The position numbers were made by a program, and so were the translations under genes. From assembly GCA_043804695.1 (NCBI GenBank), contig JAZDIV010000024.1, positions 1 through 23,275 on the forward strand: a stretch of DNA of 23,275 nucleotides. The letters run 5' to 3'. The notes beneath the pieces are model-generated. The model searched no databases. It worked only from the letters and a program-made list of their open reading frames with translations, and had not been told where the DNA came from. This DNA is from PVC group bacterium. Lineage in GTDB: Bacteria; Auribacterota; Erginobacteria; Erginobacterales; Erginobacteraceae. This document shows positions 1 to 9,514 of this stretch, one piece after another (position 1 is the stretch's first letter; each line of letters opens with the position of its first letter).

Positions 1-732
1 CCGAAACCGGAGGTCATCGAACAGCTCTATCGCCGGATGGACGAGCTGGTGGGGAAGGTCCGCGGCCGCCTGAAGGACGGCGACCTGCTGCTGATCGTCT
101 CCGACCACGGCTTCAAGCTCTTCCGTCGCGGGGTCAACGTCAATACCTGGCTTTTCCGTAACGGTTATCTTCACCTGAAGGAAGGCGGAAAAACATCCGG
201 CGAATGGTTCCGGGATGTCGACTGGACGAGGACCCGGGCGTACGCCTTCGGCCTTTCCGGGCTCTATCTCAACCGGGAGGGGAGAGAAAAGAACGGCATC
301 GTCCCCGGCGATGAGGTCCCGGCATTGAAGCGGGAGTTGATCGGGAAACTGAGCGGTCTCCGGGATGAAGACTGGGGAGGGCGCGAGGCGATCACCACCC
401 TCTATGACACCGAAGAGATTTACTCCGGCCCTTACCGGGAGAACGCGCCCGATCTTATCATCGGGTTTTATCCCGGGTGGCGCCATTCCTGGGAGTCGGT
501 CTCGGGCAAGGTGGAAGGAGACGTCTTTATCGACAATGAAAAGGCCTGGAGCGCGGATCACTGCATCGACCACCGGTTTGTCCCCGGCGTGTTCTTCTCG
601 AGCCGTCCGGTTCGCAGCGCGGGGCCAGCCATCCAGGATATAGCCCCGACCGCGCTGCATCTCTTCGGGATCAGGCCGCCGGCATATATGGATGGAGAAA
701 TAGTAGAGATTATCATGGGAAGAGATGCGTGA
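1..732 (+). CDS. Alkaline phosphatase superfamily / type I phosphodiesterase-nucleotide pyrophosphatase (5'-truncated by window)
   Basis: Frame 1 is open from base 1 ([14 protein letters not shown]...). Motifs [16 protein letters not shown] and WSADH; clearly paralogous to the C-terminal half of the next gene. Confidence 0.88.
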   Translation, partial: PKPEVIEQLYRRMDELVGKVRGRLKDGDLLLIVSDHGFKLFRRGVNVNTWLFRNGYLHLKEGGKTSGEWFRDVDWTRTRAYAFGLSGLYLNREGREKNGIVPGDEVPALKRELIGKLSGLRDEDWGGREAITTLYDTEEIYSGPYRENAPDLIIGFYPGWRHSWESVSGKVEGDVFIDNEKAWSADHCIDHRFVPGVFFSSRPVRSAGPAIQDIAPTALHLFGIRPPAYMDGEIVEIIMGRDA

Positions 733-842
733 TGCGGGATATAGGATGCAGGATGCGGGATGCAGGATGCGGGATGCAGGATGCGGGATGCAGGATGCGG
801 GATGCAGGATGCGGGATGCAGGATGCGGGATGCAGGATGCAG
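724..842 (+). repeat. Heptamer tandem array (GATGCRG)n, about 17 units
   Basis: Alternating GATGCGG/GATGCAG units read directly; overlaps the upstream stop codon. Confidence 0.95.
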
Positions 843-938
843 GAAAACATGATGATGAACTTCGAACTTCGAATGCTGCAGGGCATAGCCGGTAGGGCGG
901 ATGTCGTCCGCTACTGCCCACTGTCCACTGCCCATAAG

Positions 939-2975
939 ATGCAAAGAAAAAGAATATTTTTCAGAAGAGTTTTGATTATTCTACCCCTGATCGCTCTTTT
1001 TTTCGGCTGCTCAAAAGCAGCCGAAAAAAAGAAAGTGATCGTTCTCGCCTTCGACGGAATGGACCCCCGGATCGTCAGGTCCCTGTTTGAAGACGGGAAA
1101 CTGCCCCATTTCAAGAGGCTGGCGGAGATGGGGAGCTTTACCGATCTCTGGTCCAGCATCCCCCCCCAGAGCCCGGTTGCCTGGTCCAACTTCATCACCG
1201 GGCAAAACCCGGGCGGCCACGCCATCTTCGACTTTATCCACCGGGACCCCGAAAGCTATCTGCCCTACCTGTCGATGTCCGAGACCATCCCGCCGAAAAC
1301 CACCATCAAGCCGGGTTCATACATCTTTCCTCTTTCCAAGGGGCAGGTCGTCCTCAAGAGGGAGGGGACCGCCTTCTGGGAGTACCTGGACCGGAACGGG
1401 ATCCCCGCGATCATCTTCAAGATCCCGTCCAACTATCCGCCAGTTAAAGCCGGGAACGGATCGGTCTCCGGGATGGGAACGCCCGATCTCTTCGGCAGTT
1501 ACGGGACCTACCAGTATTTCACCACCGACCGGGCGGATATCCCGGAGGACTATTCCGGCGCCCGGTTAACCCTGGTTGACGTCATCGACGGCGCGGTCAG
1601 GCAGGTGATCGAAGGCCCGCCCAACACCTATCTCAAGTCCGCCCCCGCCATGGAGATACCGTTCACCGCTTGGATCGACCCGGAGAACCCGGTCATCAGG
1701 ATCGACCTGCCCGACCGTCAGATCATCCTGGAAGAAGGTGAGTGGAGCGACTGGGTTGTTCTTTCCTTCAAGCCTCTGCCTCTGCTGCCCGCGGTGACCG
1801 GCATTTGCCGCTTCTACGCGAAACAGGTGCATCCCTATGTCAAGCTCTACGTTACCCCGGTCAACATCAACCCGGAAGACCCGGCCCTGCCCATCGACTG
1901 GCCGGCCGGGTTCGCCCGGGAAGTGGCCGAGAACGCCGGCTTTTTCTATACCCAGGGGATGCCCGAGGATACCAAGGCCCTGACCAACAACACCTTCACC
2001 ACCCGGGAATTTTATGTCCAGTCCCAGATGGTCCTGAAAGAGAGAAACCGCCTTTTCGACTATCTCTTCGGGAAATTCCGGGGAGGTTTTTTCTTCTTTT
2101 ATTACTCCAGCACCGACCTGGGGACACACATCTTCTGGCACCTCCGGGATAAAAATCATCCCGCCTACGACGCGGCCGCCCGGGAAGAACTGGGGGATGT
2201 TGTTGCGCAGATCTATGAGCAGATGGACCTGACCGTGGCCAAGGTCCTGGACCGTCTCGATGACGACACCACCTTCATCATCATGTCCGACCACGGCTTT
2301 TCCCCTCTCTACAAGAACTTTCACCTCAACTCCTGGCTGGAGAGGAACGGCTACCTCACTCTCAACCACGGGAAGACATCGGGTTCACTGCTGGCCGGGG
2401 ATATCGACTGGTCGCGCACCCGGGCGTACGCCCTCGGTTTTAACGCCCTCTACATCAACTTGCGGGGGAGAGAGGGAAACGGGATTGTCTCACCGGGGGC
2501 GGAGCGGGACTGCCTGGTCCGGGAGCTGGCCGAAAAACTGGAGGCGGAAAGGGACCCCGCGAACGGTCAGCCGGTGATCAAACGGGTCCACCACCGGGAG
2601 AATGTTTATCAGGGGCCCTATCTGGAACAGGCGCCGGACCTGCTGGTCGGCTATGACTGGGGGTACCGGACGTCCTGGGAGAGCGCCCTGGGGGATATTG
2701 CCGCCGGGGATCTCCTCACCGTGAGCACCGAGAAGTGGAGCGGTGACCACTGCGGGGCGACCGAAATCGTGCCCGGGGTCCTCTTCTCCAATAAAAAGAT
2801 ACTGATGGAGAAGCCCCATCTCTATGACCTGACCCCCTCCATCCTGGAGGAGTTCGGGATCGATAAGCCCGCCGACATGATCGGCTCCAGCGTCTTCTCT
2901 CCCGCCCCGCCGGCGGCCGAAAAAGCCCTCTCCCGCGAAGAGCAATCAAGCTTGAAGGCACTGGATTACATATAA
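939..2975 (+). CDS. Alkaline phosphatase superfamily phosphodiesterase, probable lipoprotein
   Basis: The ORF track starts at 729 inside the repeat. ATG 939 gives a signal peptide with lipobox ([24 protein letters not shown]). Motifs [24 protein letters not shown]. Confidence 0.88.
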   Translation: MQRKRIFFRRVLIILPLIALFFGCSKAAEKKKVIVLAFDGMDPRIVRSLFEDGKLPHFKRLAEMGSFTDLWSSIPPQSPVAWSNFITGQNPGGHAIFDFIHRDPESYLPYLSMSETIPPKTTIKPGSYIFPLSKGQVVLKREGTAFWEYLDRNGIPAIIFKIPSNYPPVKAGNGSVSGMGTPDLFGSYGTYQYFTTDRADIPEDYSGARLTLVDVIDGAVRQVIEGPPNTYLKSAPAMEIPFTAWIDPENPVIRIDLPDRQIILEEGEWSDWVVLSFKPLPLLPAVTGICRFYAKQVHPYVKLYVTPVNINPEDPALPIDWPAGFAREVAENAGFFYTQGMPEDTKALTNNTFTTREFYVQSQMVLKERNRLFDYLFGKFRGGFFFFYYSSTDLGTHIFWHLRDKNHPAYDAAAREELGDVVAQIYEQMDLTVAKVLDRLDDDTTFIIMSDHGFSPLYKNFHLNSWLERNGYLTLNHGKTSGSLLAGDIDWSRTRAYALGFNALYINLRGREGNGIVSPGAERDCLVRELAEKLEAERDPANGQPVIKRVHHRENVYQGPYLEQAPDLLVGYDWGYRTSWESALGDIAAGDLLTVSTEKWSGDHCGATEIVPGVLFSNKKILMEKPHLYDLTPSILEEFGIDKPADMIGSSVFSPAPPAAEKALSREEQSSLKALDYI

Positions 2976-3038
2976 ATTGTCATCATTATTGGAGAGGAAA
3001 AGATTATCGCGGGTACACAAGAACAGGGAGATTAACCT

Positions 3039-3121
3039 GGAGTACTGGAATGGTGGAATGATGGAGTAAGGAGATCCGGGAGCGGGCCGTACTCCATCAT
3101 TCCATCACTGCATTACTCCAT
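3039..3121. repeat. Inverted arrangement of 8-mer (GGAGTRNT-like) repeats
   Basis: ggagtactggaatggtggaatgatggagta ... tactccatcattccatcactgcattactcca. Same family at about 5028-5062, 12070-12095, 16596-16646, 17385-17427 and 18825-18882. Confidence 0.8.
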
Positions 3122-3202
3122 GTAGCTTAATCCGTAATTTGCTGTTAATTTTTACATAATCATCTTTCCGGAAATGATGTAAGAGAAACCCAGGAGTGAA
3201 CG

Positions 3203-3391
3203 ATGGCGAAGAAGATCAAGATCGAGAACGATCTCTATGACAAGCTCCGGCAGTACGCCGGGTCGGCCGGGTATTCAAGCCCCGACGAGTTTATCGTCTA
3301 CGTGCTCGAGAAGAGCGTGGCCGACCTGGAGAAGGCCGCCGATGAGAAGTCGGTCAAGGAGCGGCTGACGGGGCTGGGATACCTTGGCTGA
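3203..3391 (+). CDS. Small CopG/ribbon-helix-helix-like protein with C-terminal ERLxGLGYL motif
   Basis: AGGAG RBS upstream; beta-alpha-alpha pattern KKIKIENDLYDKL...GYSSPDEFIVYVL; GC3-rich codon usage. Confidence 0.75.
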   Translation: MAKKIKIENDLYDKLRQYAGSAGYSSPDEFIVYVLEKSVADLEKAADEKSVKERLTGLGYLG

Positions 3392-3460
3392 GAACGGATT
3401 GAACGTTGAACGTTCAATAGCGAACCCATATGACCTGAAATTGCCCGAAGGAAAAGTGCA

Positions 3461-4285
3461 GTGGCCGTTATCTTCGACAAAATAACGCTGTTCTTCAGCC
3501 TGGTCCTCTATCCGTTCCGGGGCCTGCCCCCGCTGATCGGCCTGGCCTTTCTCTCCCTCGGCGCCGCCGTCTTTGCCCTGCTCGTCTACAAGTACGTCTC
3601 CAACCAGGCCGCGATCAGGGCACGCAAGAAACGGATCATCGGCCACTTTTTCGGCATCTACCTCTTCCGCGACGACCTGGGGCAGATCCTCCGGGAATTC
3701 GCGCGAGTCCTCGGCAGCATCTTCCGGTATCTGGGGCATGTCCTTCTCCCGCTCCTGATCGTCATGGTCCCGGTGGTGCTCCTCTGCGTGCAGATCCAGC
3801 TTCGCTACGGGTATCGCTCCCTCCGTCCCGGCGAGGAAGCGAACGTGACCGTGGAACTCCTCCCGTCGGTCGATCTCCTCCTGACGAAGATCGAGCTGGC
3901 GGCTCCGGCCGGCGTCTCCATTCAAACGCCCCCCCTGCGCATTCCGGCTCTTCAGGAAACGGTCTGGAGGGTGCGGGTTCTGGAGGAAGGGAATTATGTT
4001 TTAACCCTGGCGGCGGGAGAGGCGGTCCTGAAGAAGGAACTGAAGGCTGGCCGGCGCATCGGCCGGATCTATCCCGTGACCGGGCGGGGCTCCTTCTGGT
4101 ATGTACTCACCTCCCCCGGGGGAGAGGACATCCCGGCCGCCAGCCCCTTCCTCCGGGCCCGGATCGATTATCCGGACCGGGAGATCAGCCTCGGGGTGGC
4201 GCGGATGCACTGGAGCATTGTCTTTTTAATCCTGACCCTCGGTTTCGGCTTGATCCTGAAGAAGCCGCTCAAGGTTGATTTTTAA
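3461..4285 (+). CDS. Membrane protein, DUF106/EMC3-TMCO1-like N-terminus with an extracytoplasmic beta-rich insert
   Basis: TM helix, then a basic amphipathic segment (SNQAAIRARKKRI), TM (PLLIVMVPVVLL), soluble domain and C-terminal TM after HW. The family call is by pattern only. Confidence 0.6.
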   Translation: MAVIFDKITLFFSLVLYPFRGLPPLIGLAFLSLGAAVFALLVYKYVSNQAAIRARKKRIIGHFFGIYLFRDDLGQILREFARVLGSIFRYLGHVLLPLLIVMVPVVLLCVQIQLRYGYRSLRPGEEANVTVELLPSVDLLLTKIELAAPAGVSIQTPPLRIPALQETVWRVRVLEEGNYVLTLAAGEAVLKKELKAGRRIGRIYPVTGRGSFWYVLTSPGGEDIPAASPFLRARIDYPDREISLGVARMHWSIVFLILTLGFGLILKKPLKVDF

Positions 4286-4324
4286 TTTTTTGCCCCGATT
4301 GAATCAATCGGGGTAAAAAATTAA
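4282..4324. terminator. Bidirectional intrinsic terminator between convergent genes
   Basis: TTAATTTTTTGCCCCGATTGA-A-TCAATCGGGGTAAAAAATTAA: near-perfect hairpin with T/A tracts on both sides. Confidence 0.75.
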
Positions 4325-4344
4325 GTAGAGAACTTCCGAGATTC

Positions 4345-4992
4345 TCAGCACGGTTGAATGTTGATCATTGGCCTGATCAAATTTACAATCCGCCCCGCCG
4401 TCTTCTCAGGATCTTCTTCCCCGCTTACCACCAGATCGGCCAGACCCCTGGTCGGGGCGACCAGTTTCTCGTGCGCGGGCCGGACCGAGGCGAAGTATTG
4501 ATCGAGCACGGAATCAACGGAGCGTCCCCGCTCGACCCGGTCCCTTCTGATCCGCCGGGCCAGGCGGAGATCGGCCTCGGCCTCGATGTAGATCTTCAGA
4601 TCGAGGAGGCGGGCGAGATCCGCGACGGCGAAAAGAAGGATGCCTTCCACCAGCAGCACCGCCGGGGGGGTCATCGGCTCAGGCTTTGGCGACCGGGTGT
4701 GCCGCCGGTAATCGTAAACCGGCATCTCCGCCATCATCCCCGCCTTGAGCAGACTGAGATGTTCCGCGAGGAGGGCGGAGTCCAGCATCTCGAGGGAGTC
4801 GAAATTCTGGAGGTGCCGTTTTTCCAGGGGGAGATGATCAAGCGGCCGGTAATAACGATCGCAGGTCACAATCTCCGTTTTGATCGGGGAAAGCCTGCCC
4901 CGGACCATCCCCGCCAGGGTGCTTTTCCCGGCGCAGCTCCCGCCGCCGATGCCGACCAGCAGGGAGCCGGTCTTTGTTTGATTTTTTTTCAT
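4345..4992 (-). CDS. udk: Uridine kinase
   Basis: Walker A GGGSCAGKST, DRYY, NFD, PVYDY..HTR, VEGIL, RLARRIRRDRVERGR, VRPAH. Confidence 0.92.
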   Translation of the reverse strand: MKKNQTKTGSLLVGIGGGSCAGKSTLAGMVRGRLSPIKTEIVTCDRYYRPLDHLPLEKRHLQNFDSLEMLDSALLAEHLSLLKAGMMAEMPVYDYRRHTRSPKPEPMTPPAVLLVEGILLFAVADLARLLDLKIYIEAEADLRLARRIRRDRVERGRSVDSVLDQYFASVRPAHEKLVAPTRGLADLVVSGEEDPEKTAGRIVNLIRPMINIQPC

Positions 4993-5081
4993 TCCATAGT
5001 GGTCGATGAGATTACAGGGTGCTTATAATGGAGTATTGGAGTGATGGAGTGTTGGAGTGATGAAATGCAGGCAGAGGCTAT

Positions 5082-6671
5082 CTATTGCTGGAACGGCTCG
5101 CGGGAGATGAAGATGTGGCTGTCCGGGAGGGTTGTTTTGTAACCGAGGCCCCACCCCCCGGGGATCCACCCGGTCTGGTACACCTTTCTCCAGTCAGGGC
5201 TGATCTCGCCGGGAGCGAAGAATTCGCCCCCATAAAAAGGGGTGAGGAAGAAACCGGCGACGTCGGGCTTCCGGTAGATCCGGATTTCCTCGTAATCCTC
5301 TATCCGGTAAGGGAGCCAGATTGAAGAAGTGCGGCCGTACCAGGCCACTGCCCAGGGGACATCCGAAACCAGCACCGATCCGGGGGGGAGCGATGCGCAG
5401 ACCGACCGGATGTTTTCCACGCTGTAAATCCGGAGCCGGGGAACCAGCCGGGGCCCCAGTTTGTCCGTAATCGGGATGGCGCAGAGGATGAAGAAAAAGA
5501 CCACCGCCAGGGCGCGGGTCAGGACCGATCCGTGTTCCATCCGCGAGATGAGATGGAAGAAATAAGCCCCTCCCGCCAGCCCGGCCCAGGGGATGAGGAC
5601 AGCCGTTCCCTGCCCGGCCGGGCTGAAGACGCTCAGGTAGCCGCATTCCAGCCCCAGCATCAGGAACATTACGTACTTGAGCCGGTCGAATTTTCCGTCC
5701 GGGAACCGGAAAAATGCCGTCAGCAGGGCAAAGACCCCGGCGAAATTCCCGGTCAGCAGGAGAACCCGAAGGTAGCTTTCGCGGAGACCGAGCAGGGATT
5801 TTTTCATGATGAAGAAAAACTTCTTCGGGATCATCAGGGAGGGAGCGCTGAAGCCGCGCCAGAGAATATAGCCGGGCCGGGGGTCGGTGAACATGGATGG
5901 TTTGTAGCCCTCCAGGGTAAAGAAGGGTCCGCCGGTCACCGCCCCGTTCCGGATCAGCCAGGGGACCGTCGCCAGGACCGCGGCCCCGATAAAAAAACCG
6001 ATCCGGCGTCCCCGGTGCTCCCGGCCTTCCAGCGCCAGGAAGAATAGTCCCGGGAACAGCCAGAGCCCGTAGCTGTAACGGGTCAGGTAGGCCAGGCCGA
6101 CCACCGCCCCGGCCGCCGCCGGGAAGAACCGGGAAGCGGGGCGGCATCGGTAGAGACAGTAGAAAAGAAGAAAAAAGAGGAAGACGGTGAACGTCACCGG
6201 GCTTCCGTTGATGCTCGCGCGGAGCATGACCGGGTTGATGCAGTAAAGCAGGATCGCCGCCCCGGCTATGCGGTTATCAAAGAAGGCGCGGGAGAAAAAC
6301 CAGATCCAGGGCACGGCTGTCCAGAAGAAGATGATGGACACCGCCGCCAGGGTCAGATCATGCGGCCCCGCCAGCTTGATGGCGGCCGCCAGAACCAGAA
6401 TATAGAGAGGGGGGTGGGTGAGCTCGGGATGGTGGAGAATATCCGGATTGAAGCGGAGGCTGACCGGCCGGATGAAGCCGGTGGTGAACCCGTCTCCCTC
6501 CGCGACCCGGCGGGCGATCTGGCCGAGGTCGAGGGTGACGATGGCGTCGCTCACGTTCAGGCCCTGTTTCGGGCTGAACTGGTAGTGAAAGTAAAGCCAC
6601 CAGACCGCTGCCCCGATCAGGCAAGCAGCTATAGGAATTAAAATCGTAAACTTTTTTAGAGGGGCGGCCAT
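5082..6671 (-). CDS. GT-C fold glycosyltransferase (ArnT/PMT-like, family 39/83-type)
   Basis: Multi-TM protein with HPPLY, GLAYLTRY and PWLIRN motifs typical of polyprenol-phosphate-sugar-dependent transferases. Confidence 0.8.
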   Translation of the reverse strand: MAAPLKKFTILIPIAACLIGAAVWWLYFHYQFSPKQGLNVSDAIVTLDLGQIARRVAEGDGFTTGFIRPVSLRFNPDILHHPELTHPPLYILVLAAAIKLAGPHDLTLAAVSIIFFWTAVPWIWFFSRAFFDNRIAGAAILLYCINPVMLRASINGSPVTFTVFLFFLLFYCLYRCRPASRFFPAAAGAVVGLAYLTRYSYGLWLFPGLFFLALEGREHRGRRIGFFIGAAVLATVPWLIRNGAVTGGPFFTLEGYKPSMFTDPRPGYILWRGFSAPSLMIPKKFFFIMKKSLLGLRESYLRVLLLTGNFAGVFALLTAFFRFPDGKFDRLKYVMFLMLGLECGYLSVFSPAGQGTAVLIPWAGLAGGAYFFHLISRMEHGSVLTRALAVVFFFILCAIPITDKLGPRLVPRLRIYSVENIRSVCASLPPGSVLVSDVPWAVAWYGRTSSIWLPYRIEDYEEIRIYRKPDVAGFFLTPFYGGEFFAPGEISPDWRKVYQTGWIPGGWGLGYKTTLPDSHIFISREPFQQ

Positions 6672-6681
6672 TAATAGAATT

Positions 6682-7563
6682 CTAATGTGTCGGTGGGAAG
6701 AAATGCAGAATCAGGATGATCGACACCACCCAGAGCAGAACATCGATCAGCAGTGCCCGATCGGTGAAAAGGGTGCGCCCCGGTTCTCCCCCCCCCGCTT
6801 TTCGATGGACCAGATACAGGTAGCGGAAGATCCCGTAGAGGACAAAGGGAATGCTGTAGTAAAGCCGCGGGCTGACCTCGATGCGGGTACGGGGATAAAG
6901 CGTGTACAGGGCGTAGGCCATCACCGTGGACGACGTGACGACCGCGATCATCTGGTCCAGAAGATCGGCGGAATATTCAGTCAGGATCTCCCGGTGATCG
7001 GAAGCGTTGTTTCCCAGCAGGACCAGTTCATGGCGCCGTTTGCACAGCGCCAGGAAAAGGGCGAGGAGAAAGGTGCAGATGAGAAGCCACTCTGAAATCG
7101 GGACATCGATCGCCACCCCGCCGGCCAGGGCCCGGAGAATGAAGCCGAACGAAATGGCCAGCACATCCACGATGACAATCCGCTTGAGCAGGAGAGAGTA
7201 GGAGCCCATCAGCAGCAGGTAGGCAGCCGCGATCAGTCCCAGGTTCGGACCGATCATGAAGGCCCCGGCCAGCGCCGCCAGTGAAGAAACGAGCGCGGCC
7301 GCGAGGGCCGGCCCTGGTGAAAGCCGGCCGGCCGCGATCGGGCGGCCGCTCTTCTCCCGATGCCGGCGGTCCTCCTCGATGTCAACCACGTCATTTGTCA
7401 GGTAGACCGCTCCCGAGAGGAGGGAGAAGATGACAAAGACGATCAGGGTGGTCAGAACCTTGCCGCTGCTGGTGAACTGGCGGGCGAAGATCAGGGCCGC
7501 AAAGACAAAGGTGTTCTTCAGCCATTGCCGTGGCCGCATCGAGAGAAGGATACTCTTAATCAT
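6682..7563 (-). CDS. Decaprenyl-phosphate phosphoribosyltransferase-like (UbiA prenyltransferase family)
   Basis: RPRQWLKN, YLTNDVVDIEEDRRH..KSGRPIAAG, YSLLLK, KRRHEL, YGIFRY. Confidence 0.9.
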   Translation of the reverse strand: MIKSILLSMRPRQWLKNTFVFAALIFARQFTSSGKVLTTLIVFVIFSLLSGAVYLTNDVVDIEEDRRHREKSGRPIAAGRLSPGPALAAALVSSLAALAGAFMIGPNLGLIAAAYLLLMGSYSLLLKRIVIVDVLAISFGFILRALAGGVAIDVPISEWLLICTFLLALFLALCKRRHELVLLGNNASDHREILTEYSADLLDQMIAVVTSSTVMAYALYTLYPRTRIEVSPRLYYSIPFVLYGIFRYLYLVHRKAGGGEPGRTLFTDRALLIDVLLWVVSIILILHFFPPTH

Positions 7564-7621
7564 GATCTTCTTTTGCCGTATTTATTGAAGGAGTATTGCG
7601 CCCGATGTTTTTTCGTTATAA

Positions 7622-7694
7622 TGGAGCAGAGCGGGTTCGAACCGCCGACCCCCACGTTGCGAACGTGGTGCTCTCCCAGCTGAGCTACTGCCCC
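7622..7694 (-). tRNA. tRNA-Ala (anticodon CGC), CCA not encoded
   Basis: Reverse complement GGGGCAGTAGCTCAGCTGGGAGAGCACCACGTTCGCAACGTGGGGGTCGGCGGTTCGAACCCGCTCTGCTCCA folds as a cloverleaf, with G3:U70 Ala identity pair and a TTCGAA T-loop. Confidence 0.97.
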
Positions 7695-7695
7695 A

Positions 7696-7726
7696 TATTA
7701 TTTTTTGGCTCTGCCGAAAAATAATA
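7696..7726. repeat. AT-rich palindrome/hairpin (copy 1) between the DUF3276 gene and the tRNA
   Basis: TATTATTTTTTGGC-TCT-GCCGAAAAATAATA. Confidence 0.7.
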
Positions 7727-7728
7727 AT

Positions 7729-7965
7729 TTACGTCTCCTTCAGTTTATTAGCGGCCTCGGTCAGCGCCTGGACAAATTCGTCGATATGGTCTTCGAAGAT
7801 CACCAGGCGAACCCGGTGATGGGTGTCCTCCGTCCGCTCGTACTTCGACTCAACGATGTCGATGAACCGGGTTCCGCTGGCCTGTTCTTTTAGGTTGAAA
7901 AAATAAGTTCTCTTCCCGCAGGCGATCTTCTGGCTGTATATCTCTTCGGTAGCGATGGCACCCAC
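7729..7965 (-). CDS. DUF3276 / Pur-alpha-like nucleic-acid-binding protein
   Basis: EEIYSQKIACGKRTYFFNLKE...FIDIVESK...RLVIFEDHIDEF matches the bacterial PUR-repeat pattern. Start uncertain (GTG 7965 or ATC 7956). Confidence 0.85.
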   Translation of the reverse strand: MGAIATEEIYSQKIACGKRTYFFNLKEQASGTRFIDIVESKYERTEDTHHRVRLVIFEDHIDEFVQALTEAANKLKET

Positions 7966-7985
7966 CTCCCTTTTATTTTTTCTGC

Positions 7986-8017
7986 TTATTATTTTTCTGC
8001 GAGCAGAAAAATAATAA
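7986..8017. repeat. AT-rich palindrome/hairpin (copy 2) upstream of the DUF3276 gene
   Basis: TTATTATTTTTCTGC-GA-GCAGAAAAATAATAA, perfect 15-bp arms. Confidence 0.75.
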
Positions 8018-8081
8018 TTGTTGATGAAATCAATATGTTCATGCTTCGGAATTTCAAAAAATGTCGTAGCGGTAGCCTTCA

Positions 8082-8248
8082 GAGGCTGTCCGATAATTCA
8101 GATTTTAGGCATTTTAGAGGTCATTGCGAGGAGTGCAGCGACGAAGCAATCTCATCATTTTGAATAAGAGGTGGTTATGAATGAAAAAATAGATTGCTTC
8201 GCCCCTTCGGGGCTCGCAATGACATTTTAGGGTTTACCGGACAGCCTC
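8082..8248 (-). mobile_element. 167-bp MITE, copy 1 (opposite orientation to copies 2 and 3)
   Basis: Terminal inverted repeats GAGGCTGTCCG...CGGACAGCCTC; internal inverted GTCATTGCGAG..GCAATCT doublet; flanks TTCA and TGAA. Confidence 0.85.
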
Positions 8249-8315
8249 TGAAGCCCTGCACTATGAGATTATTAAAATTCCGAAACAGCAACAGTGTACG
8301 CGATATGAAACAAAA

Positions 8316-8430
8316 ATCCCGCATCCCGCATCCTGTATCTTGCATCCCGCATCCCGTATCTTGCATCCTGCATCCCGTATCTTGCATCTTGCATCCTGCA
8401 TCCCGTATCTTGTATCTTGAATCCCGCATC
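8316..8430 (-). repeat. Heptamer tandem array, reverse complement of the GATRCRR family seen at 724-842
   Basis: atcccgc/atcctgt/atcttgc units ending just before the RBS of the next gene. Confidence 0.92.
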
Positions 8431-8451
8431 ATATACTAAAGGAGTAACACC

Positions 8452-9480
8452 TTGAACGCCGATTTCCAAGACACCGTCAAGGCCAACGACAAGTTCAAAG
8501 ACTTCGTCCTTCCCCTGGACCGGCTGGAAATGATCCGGGACGCGATGCCCTTCGTCCACAAATCCGGCCTGATCCTCTTCTCGGAAGGATATTACCACCC
8601 GCCCGGCAAACTGATCTGCAACATCATCTATGTCCCCGACCCGAAGGGGGAGAAGGAGATCTTCGGTCTTCCCTATCGTTCCATCATCAAGATGGAAGGG
8701 GAGACCGGCGAGGAGGTGTGGATCAATTTCGAGGCCCAGCTCGAGCGCTACCGGGAACTGGCCCCGGAAGCGCAGGTCAATAAACCTCCCTTCGCGAAGT
8801 ACAAGTGCCAGTTCGATCTGGGGGACATGATCGGCTTCGTCGATCACCGCCGCTCGCTCCGGAAAGCGCGGGAACTTTCTCCCGAGATAGACGACTCCAT
8901 CAAAAAGGTGGCCGGGATGCTCGACATCGATTCCGGCACGATCGGGGTGACTGGTTCGCTGGCGCTCGGCAACCTGAAGACCGCCCATGACTTCGACCTC
9001 ATCTTTTACGGGACCGTCGCCGACGGCTGGAAGATCGTGAACCAGATCTACGAGATCGTCCGGGACCCGGCCCGGCGGGTCTTCGAGATGGGGATGCTCT
9101 GGGCGATCCGCTTTTACGACGACTGGGGCAACATGATCTGCCCGTTCTTCTCCTACACCGATCCCGCCGAGATACCCCTCCGGGAGTTCGAGATGGAGGT
9201 CTTGAAATCGCCGGTCGAGATAACCGGGACGGTGATCAACGACCGGCACACTTTCTACATGCCTTCGGTTCTCCAGATGGTGGACATCGGCTTCCCCGAG
9301 AGGCCCGATGTCACCAACCTCGCCCTTATCCTCTACCACGGGGGGCTGCGGGGGGAGTACAAGGCCGGAGACCGGGTCCGGGCCCGCGGCGATTTTGTCC
9401 TGGTGACCACCCCGGACAACACCTGCCTCGCCCTCCTCTCCACCAACCTGGCCGACTCGGAAAAAGTGAAGAAAAAATAA
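8452..9480 (+). CDS. Pol-beta superfamily nucleotidyltransferase, COG1665-like (paralog 1)
   Basis: AAGGAG RBS with TTG start; signature GVTGSLALG..AHDFDLIFYG (hGS-x-DhDh); N-terminal EGYYHP; OB-fold-like C-terminus. Confidence 0.8.
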   Translation: MNADFQDTVKANDKFKDFVLPLDRLEMIRDAMPFVHKSGLILFSEGYYHPPGKLICNIIYVPDPKGEKEIFGLPYRSIIKMEGETGEEVWINFEAQLERYRELAPEAQVNKPPFAKYKCQFDLGDMIGFVDHRRSLRKARELSPEIDDSIKKVAGMLDIDSGTIGVTGSLALGNLKTAHDFDLIFYGTVADGWKIVNQIYEIVRDPARRVFEMGMLWAIRFYDDWGNMICPFFSYTDPAEIPLREFEMEVLKSPVEITGTVINDRHTFYMPSVLQMVDIGFPERPDVTNLALILYHGGLRGEYKAGDRVRARGDFVLVTTPDNTCLALLSTNLADSEKVKKK

Positions 9481-9514
9481 GTGGTGTGAAGCGTCAGGTG
9501 TAAAGTATAAAGAG

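Noticed and set aside
729..938. N-terminal MRDAGC-repeat extension of the phosphodiesterase, and other repeat-derived ORFs (558-944, 8175-8439, 19022-19381)
   Set aside because: These are translations of stop-free heptamer arrays; the signal peptide begins at 939.
7622..7694. tRNA as an island integration site
   Set aside because: No duplicated tRNA 3' end and no integrase seen in the window.
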